Assembly: GCA_024679065.1 (NCBI GenBank)
Contig: JAGIQG010000009.1
Coordinates: 58,962,001-59,026,000, forward strand
Source: Sphyrna mokarran
Lineage: Eukaryota
Reading direction: 5' to 3'
Length of the DNA stretch: 64,000 nucleotides
Under the pieces are notes generated by a model that was given only the letters and a program-made list of their open reading frames with translations, had not been told where the DNA came from and did no database searches. This document shows, one piece after another, positions 1 through 12,600 of the stretch (the stretch's first letter is position 1; each line of letters begins with the position of its first letter). The position numbers were made by a program, and so were the translations under genes.

Positions 1-1012
1 GTTTGAAAAACCCAGACCGCCTCTTCATGTACTTAAAACAGCAACGGATTTCAAATTCACCAGACCAGACTGATTTGGTCAGATTTGGACAGAGAATTGA
101 GCATTATGCAGAAAAAGATTTTTAAGATTAAAAGGTTCCAGAAACCTGGTGAACAAATAGATACATTTATGAATTACCTGTATCAACTGACTAATGGTTG
201 TCAATATGCTGATCGTAAATCTGAGTTGCAACCAATAACACTTTTTCTAACCTACTACAATTTATTGAGGATTTAATTTTGGAGATGGCAACAGTTAGTC
301 AAAAGTCCATCAGCAAAATAATCATAATCAGAGGAAAAGACAAACCATGGTTCAGAATGACCCCAATGACAATGATACAGGTTATTAAACAAAAGATTAC
401 CAAAGACATCAGTCAAAAGAGACTTTATGGAACAAAATTCAAGGTGCCAAAAAGCCCTACCAGATAGAACCATGTCCAGCTTTTATTGTAAAAGAGTTGG
501 ATAATTTGAAATGGTGTGTGGAATTAAAGCCTCTGGATATACAGATGACCACAAAAGAATTTTTGCACACAAGGCTATTAACGAAGTAGAGGAACAATGA
601 TGTTTCCCAGGTGAGATCAAAGACCCAAGATACACTTTCTGGAATGCAAACATTTTTGTTAATGGCCAGACCACTAATTTCAAATTGGATACAGGAGCAA
701 TTGTAACAGTCCTGTGTGGTAAACCACCATTGCTAGTAAACATGTGGCTGAAGATATCTGAAAACGCATTATGTGGTCCAGAGAACTCACGCTACTAGGC
801 ACAGGCATGTTACAAGCACAGCTCCAATACAGGGACAAAGAGAAACTGGAAACATTGCACATGATTCACAATCAAAAATTGTCTCTTCCAAGCAAAAATG
901 CCTGTGTTGACCTCATCAAGATGTGGAGATCCCGGCGTTGGACTGGGATAAACACAGTAAGAAGTCTCACAACGCCAAGTTAAAGTCCAATAGATTTATT
1001 TGGTAGCAAAAG

Positions 1013-1052
1013 CCACTAGTTTTGGAGCGTTGCTGCTCCTTCGTCAGGTGAG
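1013..1052 (-). ncRNA. Hammerhead ribozyme relic
   Basis: UCAC-CUGACGA-A-GGAGC agcaac GCUCC-aaaa-CUA-GUGG; GAAAG box damaged. Confidence 0.6.
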
Positions 1053-2206
1053 TGGGAGTTCTGTTCACAAACAGGGCATATAAAGACACAAACTCAGTTT
1101 ACAAAAAAAATGTTTGGAATATGAGTATTTTCAGGTAATTAAGTCTCAAAGGTACAGTCAATGTGAGTGGAGAGAGGGTTAAGCACAGGTTAAAGAAATA
1201 AGTATTGTCACCAGCCAGAATAGTTAGTGAGATTTTGCAAGCCCAGGCAAGTTGTGGGGGTGACAGATAGATGTGACGTGAACCCAAGATCCTGACTGGG
1301 GCTGTCCTCGTGCAGAATTTGGCTATCAGTCTCTGCTCAGCGACACGTGACACGTTGAAAGCTCTGGAGAAGGTGTCGTAGCTTCTCTGCTCTGGGGAAG
1401 TACTGGTCGACAAAAGGTACTTTTGTCCACCGTGTCCTGTGTTTGTCTTCTGAGGAAGTCAGCGTGGTTTTTTTGCTGTGGCATGTCGGAACTATCAACT
1501 GATGAATCGAGACCATATTCTGTTCTTATAAGTCATCTTTCAGCGTCTGGAGGTGTCTGTTGCGGTCTTCCTCATCTGAGCAGATCGTGTGTATGTAGAG
1601 CACTTGTCTGTAGCAGATGGTTTCTTTAAAAGGTGTTTCGGGCAGAAGCTGGAGAAGTGGAGCATCGTGAGGTTATCCATAGGCTCGCAGTACAGTGAAG
1701 TGCTGAGGTAACCATCCTTGACAGAGATGCGTGTCCAAGACTGCAACCGATTCTGGAGAGTAGTTCATGGTGAGTCTGATGGTGGGATGAAACTTATTAA
1801 TGTCATCACATAGTTGTTTCAATGATTATTCACCACAAGTCCAAAGGAAGAAAATATCATCAATGTATCTAGTGTATAGCATTCTCCAAGGTGGCCTTCA
1901 CAACACGCAACAGCGCAGAGTTGCTAAGCAGAGACTGATAGCCAAGTTCCGACACGAGGACAGCTTCAACCAGGATCTTGGATTCTTGTCACCCTGTCTG
2001 TAACCCCCAAGACTTGCCTGGGCTTTCAAAATCTCACTAACTGTCCTAGCTGGAGACAATACACATTTCCTTAACTGTGCTAATGCTCTCTACATTCACA
2101 TTGTCTATACTTTAGAGACTTGATTACCTGTAAAGACTCACATTCCAACCATTATGTAAAATCAGTTTCTGTCTTTATAAGTCCTGTTTGTGGACAGAAC
2201 TCCCAC

Positions 2207-2247
2207 TCGCCTGACAAAGGAGCAGCATGGGCTCCGAAAGCTAGTGG
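2207..2247 (+). ncRNA. Hammerhead ribozyme relic (G8>A)
   Basis: UCGC-CUGACaA-A-GGAGC agcaugg GCUCC-GAAA-GCUA-GUGG. Confidence 0.65.
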
Positions 2248-2320
2248 CTTTTGCTAGCAAATAAATCTGTTGGACTTTAACCTGGTGTTGAGAGATTTCT
2301 AATTGTGTTGACCTCATCAA

Positions 2321-2474
2321 GATGTGGAGATGCCTGCACTGGACTGGGGTAAACTGAGGTAACAGTCCAATAGGTTTACTTGCTTGCAAAAGCCAAATTT
2401 GGTAGCGAAAGCTAGTGGCTTTTGCTACCAAATATACCTGTTGGACTTTAATCTGGTGTTGTGAGACTTCTTAT
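2321..2474 (-). mobile_element. 154-bp mini Penelope fold-back copy (3' tail plus inverted pLTR end)
   Basis: Begins with the family terminus gatgtggagatgcc, ends with inverted ...gtgagacttcttat; flanked by the same 17-mer (2304-2320, 2475-2491). Confidence 0.8.
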
Positions 2475-3101
2475 TGTGTTGACCTCATCAAAACAGTGGA
2501 AGATATAAATGAACTGACATTCACTGATTGTTCTAAACTGAAGCCTCTCAAACTGTCTAAATGCTCCAGTGACCTTAACTGGGACTTAAATGCTGATCTG
2601 AGTCCAACAATCCAGCCTTTTTCCAAGAAGGTAACTAGAATAAACTTGTTCTTATGAAGTAGTAAGGAACCAATTCAACCAATGAATACCAGAGTGAGGC
2701 CACAATCATTCAATCTGTGAGACAACTGGGAAGCTGGAAGACAAAATTTAGGCAACAGAAAAAACTGTTACAATGCCACATTCAATCAGTGGTGGCCCCT
2801 TTGATCAGTGCATCCACACCTTTCCATCCACCAAAAGTGGTAATCAAGAATGCAAACAGACAAGTCCTAAACTAGAGACAGAACCAAACCAGGCAATGTC
2901 CCTCTCTTCCATATTGGAGGAAACTGATTTTCCTGCTACACTGAAGTTAACAGAAGTTGTGGGACAGCAAGATACTAATTGTCTGCCTTCTTCACAGCTT
3001 TCTATTTTGCCTCCACAAGGAAGCAAAGAGGAGGATCAAGTCCAGATCCAGATAAAACAGTCTTCCATTGTCCATTTGGGAAAACTAGATGTAGAGTATC
3101 A

Positions 3102-3425
3102 AACAATGATGTGTGTGTATGTGTGTAATATTTAATCCTCATGTTTAGCTTATATTTAAATTGACCTGAATGAAGGCTTTCATTTCATGCGTACCAGTTT
3201 ATATTATCCAATCTGAACTGGGGCAAATCAGATCTGCTCCAATCCACACGACAGGGACTGATAATCTATCTGCCTGCCAATATAATCAATGCTTGATAAG
3301 CTGCATTGCACTGCACACCACTTAAGGAATTCACATGTGCTATGCACCAAACATTTCTACATACAACTCCATATCTGTAACACATCACAATCTACAGCGG
3401 TCAAATTTATGTTCATCATGAAGAA
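3102..3425. repeat. ~325-bp direct repeat, copy A (inside the Gypsy relic)
   Basis: Aligns by eye with 4897-5231, including identical ttatccaatctgaactggggcaaatcagatctgctccaatcca. Confidence 0.9.
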
Positions 3426-3571
3426 CGAGCACACCAAATACTGCAACTCTTACTGAAGACCAAAAAAGTCAAACTAAAGAAGTTCAAATAGAGACTATCA
3501 AGAACATAATCAGGAAGAATCATGAAACCGCCTGACCTATTAAATCTTAGAAATCAAGATGTGGGGAGAAG

Positions 3572-3797
3572 TGGTAATGTAAATATAAATTTTAAATACA
3601 CTTTGATAAAGACTAACAGTACAGAGTGTCATAGAGGTGGCATGATTAGCAGCCAAGAAGGAGAAACTCCTGACTTAGAGTTATATCTGTAGTCTTGTAC
3701 ATTTGTAAATAGTTGTATTTACACAATAAACCAGTTACTGTTCAGATATATCTAGGTCTCCTCGACCGTTCCTTCACCAATCGTAATCAACACAACA
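3572..3797 (+). repeat. Putative 3' LTR of the Gypsy relic
   Basis: Starts TG just after the polypurine tract, contains AATAAA (3725-3730), ends ...caacacaaCA. No 5' LTR in the window to confirm. Confidence 0.55.
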
Positions 3798-4896
3798 GAA
3801 TTAATTTTAGATGGCAGATGACCATTAGGAAAAACAAAGAAAAATCAAAAATCCATGAGCAGAAAGATTGGAATCCTTGCCAACACACGACAACGTTGTG
3901 TACTGAGAAAGTCAGCTTTGATGCTAAAGGGAACAGGAGAGCCTCCAGTAAAGAAACACAACTCTTAGTCAGGCAATATAATTTTGTTCTCCAAATGTGT
4001 GTTTCCCTGTATTAACTGCACCATACCAGGGCTAACAGGAACTTGTACTCCAAGAAGTGGAAAGCCAAATTTATGCAAGCAAATTAATTCGACAGGGGTT
4101 TTCTCACACGTTTATTCTAAAGGATGAGTTGATCAGCTCACTCACACCTGCCCTTAAATTATTAATTTTACAATCTCTCATGACACTCTTCACAAACTTA
4201 AATGGTGCAGACTTCCTTCCTCTTGTCTCAATCGTGGACACAACATTTCCTAATTCTGTCCCTCTGTTCAAAAAAGAATAGATTTGATTAGTTCTAGACT
4301 GCAAAAACAATTATTTTAAAATTTATAACATAGCTTCCATCATCACTTCTGAAGTATAAACATACTAAATAGTTGACCTTTTTAATTAGCATTTCTTTTA
4401 CCATCAGGATTTCTCCCTCCTTAACAAACAAACATTAACCATTAGTCAGGGACAGCTAGAAACAAAGATAAGATTAAACCAAGACATCTACTGTTTGCTT
4501 CCCTGAATCCAGTTAGAAAGAGAGAGAAAACAGTACAATTTGACCATCGTGACAGCTTAGGGTGATTACAACTGAGTTTGATCCTATTGTAAACCAACAT
4601 CCAGAAACACACTCTTCAGCACAGATCGTTAGACTAGGAAAGAGAGACTAAGCTGATTTTTTTCCCTCTGATCTCTCTCCTCACACCTGGTCCCTAAATC
4701 TCTTCAACAATTCTTTCTTTAAAGAAATCTTGGGTCATCAAACAGATTTTCAATACCTGTTTGATACCAAAAACATCTCTTTTTTGCTATTCCTCCCCCA
4801 CGAGGCCATGTCTGGATATGTCACTTTATTAATGTGCTATACAAGTTGCTCTGACCACTACACCACATCTGATCTACCTACTGATTTATCCATGTG

Positions 4897-5231
4897 AACA
4901 ATGACTGTGTGCGTGCGCATGCATGTGTGTAATATCTAAACCTCATGTTTAGCTTATATTGGAACTGGCCATAATGAAGACTTTCATTTCGTGCATACAG
5001 TTTACATTATCCAATCTGAACTGGGGCAAATCAGATCTGCTCCAATCCAACTCCACAGGGACTGATAATCCACCTACCTGCCAATATAATCAATGCTTGA
5101 TAAGCTGCATTGTATCACACACCGCTTAAAGTGTTCACATGTGCTGTGCACCAGTCGCCTCCACGTACAACTCCATATCTGTAACACACACCACAATCTA
5201 CAGCAGTTGAATTTATGTTCATCATGAGGAA
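4897..5231. repeat. ~335-bp direct repeat, copy B
   Basis: Homologous to 3102-3425, same orientation. Confidence 0.9.
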
Positions 5232-5378
5232 TTTGAGTGCCTGCTTTCAAAAAGTAATAATTCTGTGTGGTACACAAGCATGATGTAAAGATGCCGGCGT
5301 TGGACTGGGGTAGTAAGAACTCAGTAAGAATTTAGCAACACCAATTTTAAAATCCAACCAATTTATTTGATAGTAAAA

Positions 5379-5413
5379 TTGCGAGCTTTCGACACTGTCT
5401 CTTCGTCAGGCAA
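5379..5413 (-). ncRNA. Minimal type I hammerhead ribozyme (core intact, one stem II mismatch)
   Basis: Minus strand reads UUGC-CUGACGA-A-GAGA cag UGUC-GAAA-GCUC-GCAA: stem I UUGC/GCAA, palindromic stem III AGCU, cleavage triplet CUC. Confidence 0.75.
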
Positions 5414-5625
5414 ATGCAGTGTTCTGGTCTGCAATAGCACACATCAGCAGGCAGTTACAGATTGCTGATTAGAGTGCGAATCCTTACATCTAACCTGCTA
5501 TTCAAGTGTTAGAGTGGCTAACAATGTGTGTGAAGGGAATCCTGAGCATTGGTTACAGAATTGTGTATTTTCTCCAGACAGCACAGTAAGTGAGGTTTTT
5601 TGCTAACCCAGGCAAGTCATGGGGG

Positions 5626-7092
5626 TTACAGATAGTGTGTCACGAAGCCAAGATCCCTATTGAGGCCGTCCTCATGTGTGCGGAACTTGGCTATCAGTCT
5701 CTGCTCAGCGACTTTGCGCTGTCGTGTGTCACGAAGGCCCCCTTGAAGAACACTTACCCGCAGGTCGGAGGCTGAATGCCCATGACTGCTGAAGTGTTCG
5801 CCAACAGGAAGGGAACTGTTTTGCCTGGTGATTGTTGGGCGATGTTCATTCATCCGCTGTCGTAGTGTCTACATGTTCTCCCCAATGTACATCCTTTCTT
5901 GCAATGTACTAGGTAGACAACGTTGGCCGAATTGCAAGAGTATGTACCGTGTACCTGGTGAATGGTATCCTCATGTTTGATGATGTCGTCCATGTCTATG
6001 ATCTGGCATGTCTTGCAAAGGTTGCTGTGGCAGGGTTGTGTGGTATTGTGGTCACTGTTCTCCTGAAGGTTGGATAGTTTGCTGCAAACAATGATCTGTT
6101 TGAGGTTGTGCAGTTGTCTGAAAGCAAGAAGTGGGGGGGTGGGGATGGCCCTAGTGAGATGTTCATTGTCATCAATGTTGAAGACTCCGGAGAAGATGTC
6201 GTAGCTTCTCCGCTCCGGGGAAGTACTGGACAACAAAGGGTACTCTGTCCACTGTGTCCCGTGTTCGTCTTCTGAGGAGGTCAGTGCAATTTATCGCTGT
6301 GGCACGTCGGAACTGTCGATCGATGAGTCGAGCGCCATATCCTGTTCTCACGAGGGCGTCCTTCAGCAACTGGAGGTGTCTGTCACGATCCTCCTCATCT
6401 GAGCAAATTCTGTGTATACGGAGGGCTTGTCCATAGGGAATGGCTTCTTTAGGGTGGAAGCTGGAGAAGTGAAGCATTGTGAGGTTGTCTGTCGGTTTGC
6501 GGTACAGTGAGGTGCTGAGGTGACCGTCCTTGATGGAGATGCGTGTGTCCAAGAATGCAACTGATTCTGGAGAATAGTCCATGGTGAGTCTGATGGTGGG
6601 ATGGAACTTGTTGGTATCATCATACAGTTGTTTCAATGATTGTTCACCATGAGTCCAAAGGAAAAAGATGTCATCAATGTATCTAGTATATAACCTTGGT
6701 TGGAGATCTCGTGTGGTGAAGAAGTCTTGTTCGAACCTGTGCATGAAGATGTTGGCATATTGAGGTGTGAATTTGGTCCCCATGGCTGTTCCGTGTGTTG
6801 GATGAAAAGCTGATTGTTGAAGGTGAAGACATTGTGGTCCAAGATGAAGCGGATGAGTTGTAAAATTGCATCCGGAAACTGGCAGTTGTTGGCATTGAGT
6901 ACTGAGGCAGTTGCAGCAATGCCATCGTCGTGGGGTATGTTGGTGTAGAGCGTCGAGACATCTATTGTGACAAGGAGTGTCCCTGGTTCTACTGCTCCAT
7001 GTGTGCTGAGTTTCTGTAGGACGTCCGTAGTGTCAAGACAAAAGCTGGGGGTTCTTTGTACAATCGGTTTCAGGATGCCCTCGATATAGCCG
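5626..7092 (-). pseudogene. Frameshifted Penelope-type reverse transcriptase / GIY-YIG endonuclease ORF
   Basis: Motifs DVSTLYTNIPHDDG, MGTKFTPQYANIFM, YTRYIDDIFFLW, TSLYRKPTD, AIPYGQALRIHRICS, PCHSNLCKTC, YSCNSANVVYLVHC, EHFSSHGH, EQRLIAKFRTHEDGLNRD, split over several frames. Confidence 0.93.
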
Positions 7093-7234
7093 ATATGCCC
7101 TCAATATAGCCTTCACACACATTGTTAGCCACTTTAACACTTGAATAGCAGGTTAGATGCAAGGATTCGCATTCTAATCAGCGATCTGTAACTGTCTGTG
7201 CTGATGTGTGCTATTGCAGACCAGAACACTGCAT

Positions 7235-7269
7235 TTGCCTGACGAAGACACAGTGTCAAAAGCTCACAA
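7235..7269 (+). ncRNA. Hammerhead ribozyme relic (GAAA>AAAA)
   Basis: UUGC-CUGACGA-A-GACA cag UGUC-aAAA-GCUC-aCAA; both changes are CpG-decay type. Confidence 0.65.
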
Positions 7270-9197
7270 TTTTACTATCAAATAAATCGGTTGGATTTAA
7301 AATTGGTGTTGCTAAATTCTTACTGAGTTCGTACACAAGCAAGGCAGGGCTGTGCAACTACCCCAACAGAATAGGATGAAGACATATGCTGTTTAATAGT
7401 GGGTTTGAACTGTGATCAGCTCATTTTACAAGAATGGTGTGCACACATACAATCCATGAGCAATGGATTGCAAAATTCTTTTTTTTTTAAAACCATCCTT
7501 GCCTGCAGGATGCCCACCAACTTGCGCATTGTATGCCTGTCAAATGACAACTACTTTGTTTTTTAATCCTGGCCCTGTTGAGATTTTACTGGATATGACT
7601 TCAAATCTCATATTCAACGAATCATACAACATAGCAAATACATTGCCATCTTATGATCACAGCAAAGAAACTTGACATTAAATGGATCTTGATGGATGTT
7701 AAGATTAAGATGGTTAAATGTTACCATCAGCAGATATGAAATAAAATGCTAAATGCATCACCATCAGCCATACTTTGAGGCAGAGGTATGGGAGAAATTC
7801 AAAACACTCGCACTGCATTGTAATGAAACATTGTCAGGAAGGGTGGAGAAGGACAGATGGGTTAAGAGGACAGGATGTAGTGTGCATCAAGGGAAAATAT
7901 ATTTGCTGCCATATTTTTGAATGTGATTTTTTTTCCCCCCAAAAAACACAACAGGCAGATATATTCAATGGGCTCACCCTCAAATGTCTTGCATCATTTT
8001 AATGAATAAATTCTCAAATCAATGTAAATTGTCAAAAAGTAGAAAAATCACTCAATCTTCAAAATTGTAACACGTACAAAAAAATCAAAGTCTTGATTCC
8101 TAGCGATAAAGTAGACATGTTTTTCTGAAAATACAAGGTGGCATTCTTTCAACTTTATTGACAACATTTGAGGCTGCAAAGCTGGTGCTGAAATAGAATA
8201 CATTGCAAACTGCTGTTCAGTCCAATTCCCTTGGCAACCCCAATGGCCCTGCTCATGCCCTTTTAGCAAAAAGCAAAACCAGATGACAGATTGACTACCA
8301 AGTAGCTGCATGTGTCAGCAAGATGGAATGAACAATCCACTGAACAGTCTAGCAGCAACAGCCCCACTACATCATGACAAAAATCCACATTCCTCACCTC
8401 TGAGGAATTATCTTCATTTGCCAATCATCCCAGCATAGCAATCATATATACAAATAGCAATCGTCCTTTCCCTGCCTGTCCACACAATCCCCAGCCATCC
8501 CCACTACTGGATTCACACTGAGCAAACAAAACACATGTAGATTAATACACCAAAATATATTTTAATTTCCAAGGTCAACTAAACAAGTTGAGATCCTAGT
8601 CTACTTTTAGAAGATTAAATGCCAGCTAAAAAATTAAGGTTTTTCCAAAACGTCCAGATACTACTGGCGCTCAGTTGCTTTGTTCAAGTTATGTATATAC
8701 TAGGCCTATGCAATACCTTTCAATGCCCTGTCCAACATGTATTGGTATTTTCCTGATTTACATATCTCAAATTCTATCCGTGGTCCTTGCTGAAACTTGC
8801 CAATCCTGGCCGTGATGATGATACAATTGTTGTCATACTCTTCAATTGCTATTCAACAGCCTTGTTTGCAAGTTCACAAATGGATACACCAAAGAGGAGA
8901 AAAATCTGGCTCACTTATCACAGCTCCTTTAGTTGAATAATCATTGTCAAAGCTCACATTTCAGGAATGATCAATGTTTTCTGCACAATAGGTCAGCTGC
9001 TTAATGCAATCAACACCTAAATCATGAAACTAGGAAGAGTCCAAATTTTATCTCTAAGGTATTCCAAATTAACAATTCCCACCAGGAGCAATGGAAAGGG
9101 TACTACAATTGTCTTAAGTACTCACTCCTGGCTCCTGAAAACTGGAGTTCTGCTTGTGCGTATGACTGGATTGAGTTTGCTTTCGATGTTGCCTATA

Positions 9198-9670
9198 CAT
9201 AAATAGGAACTGCAGTATGCCATTCAGTCCTTCAAGTCCACTCTGCCAGGGCTGATCCTGTACTTCAGCATCATTTTCCTATACTCTCTCATATTCCTTA
9301 ATGCTTTTAATATGCAGGAATCAGTTGGTCTTAGTCTTGAACATACTCAATAAAGCACCCACAGACCTCAGACTGAACATTACAAAAGATTCATGACAAG
9401 TGAAAAAAGTTCTCATCTCAGTTTTAAATGGCCTGCATTTTATTTTCTGTCTCCAGTCCTAGAATCCCCTTAGTTAGAGGAAACATTCTTCTTACATCTA
9501 CCTTGTTGAGCTCTGTTAGAATTATATATTTCAATGAGGTCACTTGTCATTCTTCTAAACTCTAGAGAATAAAGGCTTATTTTATGTAATCTTGCCTCAT
9601 AGGATAATCTCTTCGTCCCAGGAATTAGTATAGTGAACCTTAGTTGCACTGTCTTCATGACAGGTATATC
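9198..9670 (-). mobile_element. CR1-like LINE 3' fragment
   Basis: Minus-strand RFTILIPGTKRLSYEARLHKISLYSLEFRRMTSDLIEIY, typical of the CR1 ORF2 C-terminus, plus 3'UTR. Confidence 0.8.
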
Positions 9671-12600
9671 TATGGCAAGTAGTCTAACAGCCTGCAAAAA
9701 CTCATCTGTCTAAACTCACAAGGGTCTTTTGGATAAAACAGCAGAAAGCTCCTGCCATCAGACCTTTATCTCTTCAAACTGTCAAAGCATTTGTGGAGGG
9801 GAACAAGATGCTACTGGGTAGAAGGTGAGGGAAAAAAATCCATTTGAGTAAGGTACCGGAGCACTAAAATATTCTTGTTTATCACTAGCCTAAGTCTACA
9901 AGGGAGGCTATTTTGGCAAGGAAGAGGTGCAAAATTAAAAAAGAATTCAAGTATACCACACAAGAACCAACCACACTTGAGATTAGATGCCAACTGTACT
10001 GATCCAGCACACTAGCATGCACTGAAGGTCTCTTGTGAAAAGCAATATACATTTGCTCATTGGCATACACACATTGCCTTGTAGACATTACATTCTTTTT
10101 GCAAAAGTGCCAAGTAAGGCATTTATCCAATGGGGGCTGCAGAGCCAAGCCAGTTCTATCTGTGGTCCAAAACCAGGGCCAACATTTCCCTCCCTAGCTC
10201 AGGGGCATGCAGGGCAGGTTTACAGATTGCTGCATGTTTAAGACTACTATTACAATTAACTTGTGAATGACTAGTGAAAGATGCACATTGTTGAAACAAT
10301 GCAGTTTTTGTACAAACCCCACCTGTAATTTAAGTCCTTCATGATCCACACCTCCAAAGCGAGGCACACTCCCTTCATCTATTTTGTGAGGTTGTCTATG
10401 TACTTACAAACACTTTAATTCGGCAGGCAACAAACTCCTTGCATTAACTTAATTAACTTCAGCAAAACAATTCATACCATAATCATAACCAGTTTGGAAA
10501 ATGTATTCCCCAGCTTTAAAATAAAGCAAAGTTTGCATAATTGGTAATGTCTTGCACACAACAATAGCTCAGTGGGTCAATCCAACAGACACACTAAAGT
10601 GTAAAGTTTAATTTAATTCCTAGTAAATGATGAGTTAGCAAAGACTTTGGACGCACACAAAGTGGCAATGAACACATCTCAGAACTCATTTGAACTACAT
10701 ACTTATTTCTGAATGCAGAACCAAATCAAATATGAACACCAAAATTATCTCCAAAACCAATTTTGTGAATTCATATTGAGCTTTTATATGCAAAGGCTCT
10801 TCACAGTCTTCACTATAGCATTTAGAACACAAACAAAAGGTTGAGTGGTTCCTGGCTGTAATATTAAGCTATAGACTTCTAAAGACCTCAAGTATACATC
10901 CATCTGTCAACTGAACAGCACAAATCAACATGCTCAACTCTGTCAGGCAGCCTACTCAACCAATTCTAGGCAGGCAAATTAACAGATCTCCCACCACAGA
11001 CTTCCTTCTTCCACCATTTCCCTCTGTCCAGTCCTCCTGCTCTTTGCAGTTTCCCTGAGGAGAACTTAAAAATTGAAGCTCCAATTGAAAGATATGTGAA
11101 AACCAATGTCTATTTTGTATACTTTGTCAGAGTTTTAATCTTCAGTGAAGGAACAGCTACTTTTCTCAGTGCTACAAATGGTAACCAGGAGCAGTAAACA
11201 TCTTTTTATATTTTGGCCAATTCCCCTTGAGTGAGACTGGCTGCTTACATCCAGTTTGGGACAGTTTTGTGTTGTGCCTGTATACACTAGGGACCACACT
11301 GCTTCTTATAACTACTACTTAGAATCAATACAGATATTAATTCCAGGATCTAGTCTGATTTTAAATTTAGATTTGAAAGGTTAGTATCTCACCCATTTCA
11401 TCATTCGGTCCTTTGTAAAAGCTTCATTTAAGGGCTCTGCAAGGATCAACACTTCTGCATGCAAATACTTTGACAACAACATTGAAAAGAGTGAAATTAT
11501 GTCCCATACCAAGAAAGCAATATTGTTAACTTATTGCTTTATCTTTATAAAACAACAACCTCTGTAACCTTTGGTTCAAGTTAAATGAAATGGAACCAAT
11601 GAACTAATTCTGGAATAGTTTTACAGTCAAAGATCCTTTGCAGGGCTGAGTCACAAGATTGCAAAAATGGCCAATTTTCCATACCTGCACACAGCTGAGC
11701 TAATCTGGTTTCTGTAAGGGTAACAAAGAGCAACTAATGTCTCCATATCCCCCCGGGTGTAGTCTGGGAAGTGATGGTGGAGATGTGCAACAAAAACAGC
11801 CTAAATCCCCACTCCTGGCTGTGACCCCTGTTAGAAAGTACACGTGGGAAAATTGAGTAAAGGCAGGGATTTAATTGAATTGCTCCACTCCCTAGTTAAA
11901 TAATCCTCTGACACTCAAATGCCAGAAGCTACAAGTGAAGGAAGCAAACTTGGGCAAGATGTCAGTGTTAAGAAACCAGGTACTTCAACACCTCGAGGAA
12001 AGAGAAAAGTATCAGAACCAAAGTTGTGCAAAAAATGAGAAATAATTATACGTAAATTGTAACAGCTGCAGACACATTCAAAAGTTACCAATCACTATTT
12101 GTTCCATGCAAATTGATACCGTTGGTGCAAGATACACTTCACCTAACTTGATTCTGAGGACAAGGTCATCTCCATTTTGCTGACTTCAAGTACTCCTGGC
12201 ACCCAAAGCTGTACTAGCCAATCTCATTCTGCATAGTGCAGAGTACAAGCGCCAAGTCAACTTCCTTGTTTATCAGCAACCCACCGGTAGACTAAGCAAG
12301 ACAACAATTTACATCAACCTGTGAAAAGCTTTTCCATAAAATATTAAACATCAAGCCAACAAAACTTGGCATTTCTGACAAGATTCTCTCCTTGCAACAT
12401 TAACCTCTTTTTCCATTTCGATGGACGTTTTTGCTTTTGTTTAGGGCTTCCGATTTACCAGACTGTTTATAGAGAGGGAAGCTTCCTGTCCACAATTCCA
12501 TCATCACTTCTACGTGAATACAAAGAAACCACTTAATTTTTTTTAAGGGCCTGGTCCTCAAGGATCATTTATGTTTTATTTTTGGGATAAGCTTAAGAAA

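Larger units (their letters stand above)
920..2303 (-). mobile_element. Penelope-like element copy 1, internally deleted, with inverted 5' segment
   Basis: Minus-strand RT/thumb remnants (ISVKDGYLSTSLY..PMDNLTMLHFSSF) and GIY-YIG end (RVAEQRLIAKF). ~1879-2303 is an inverted copy of the 3' end (SILQGGL...QRLIAKFR plus pLTR). Flanked by tgtgttgacctcatcaa (903-919, 2304-2320). Confidence 0.9.
1..3797 (+). mobile_element. Decayed Gypsy/Ty3 LTR retrotransposon (gag and protease relics, integrase C-terminus, 3' LTR), interrupted by two Penelope-like insertions
   Basis: Gag-like RFQKPGEQIDTFMNYLYQLTNGCQY (~135-210); aspartic protease motif FKLDTGAIVTVL (~679-714); C-terminal SGRIMKPPDLLNL motif (~3510-3548); purine tract ggggagaa (3563-3570). 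Many stops/frameshifts; most of RT/RNaseH/IN not recognisable. Confidence 0.75.
5281..7330 (-). mobile_element. Penelope-like element copy 3 (5'-truncated, RT + GIY-YIG, inverted pLTRs)
   Basis: 11-bp TSD gtacacaagca (5270-5280, 7331-7341); ~220-bp inverted repeats 5317-5536 / 7110-7330; coding remnants between them. Confidence 0.95.

Noticed and set aside
5317-7330. DNA transposon/MITE interpretation of the terminal inverted repeats
   Set aside because: Interior encodes RT and GIY-YIG, TSD lengths vary (10-17 bp) and repeats are asymmetric, fitting Penelope-like retroelements.
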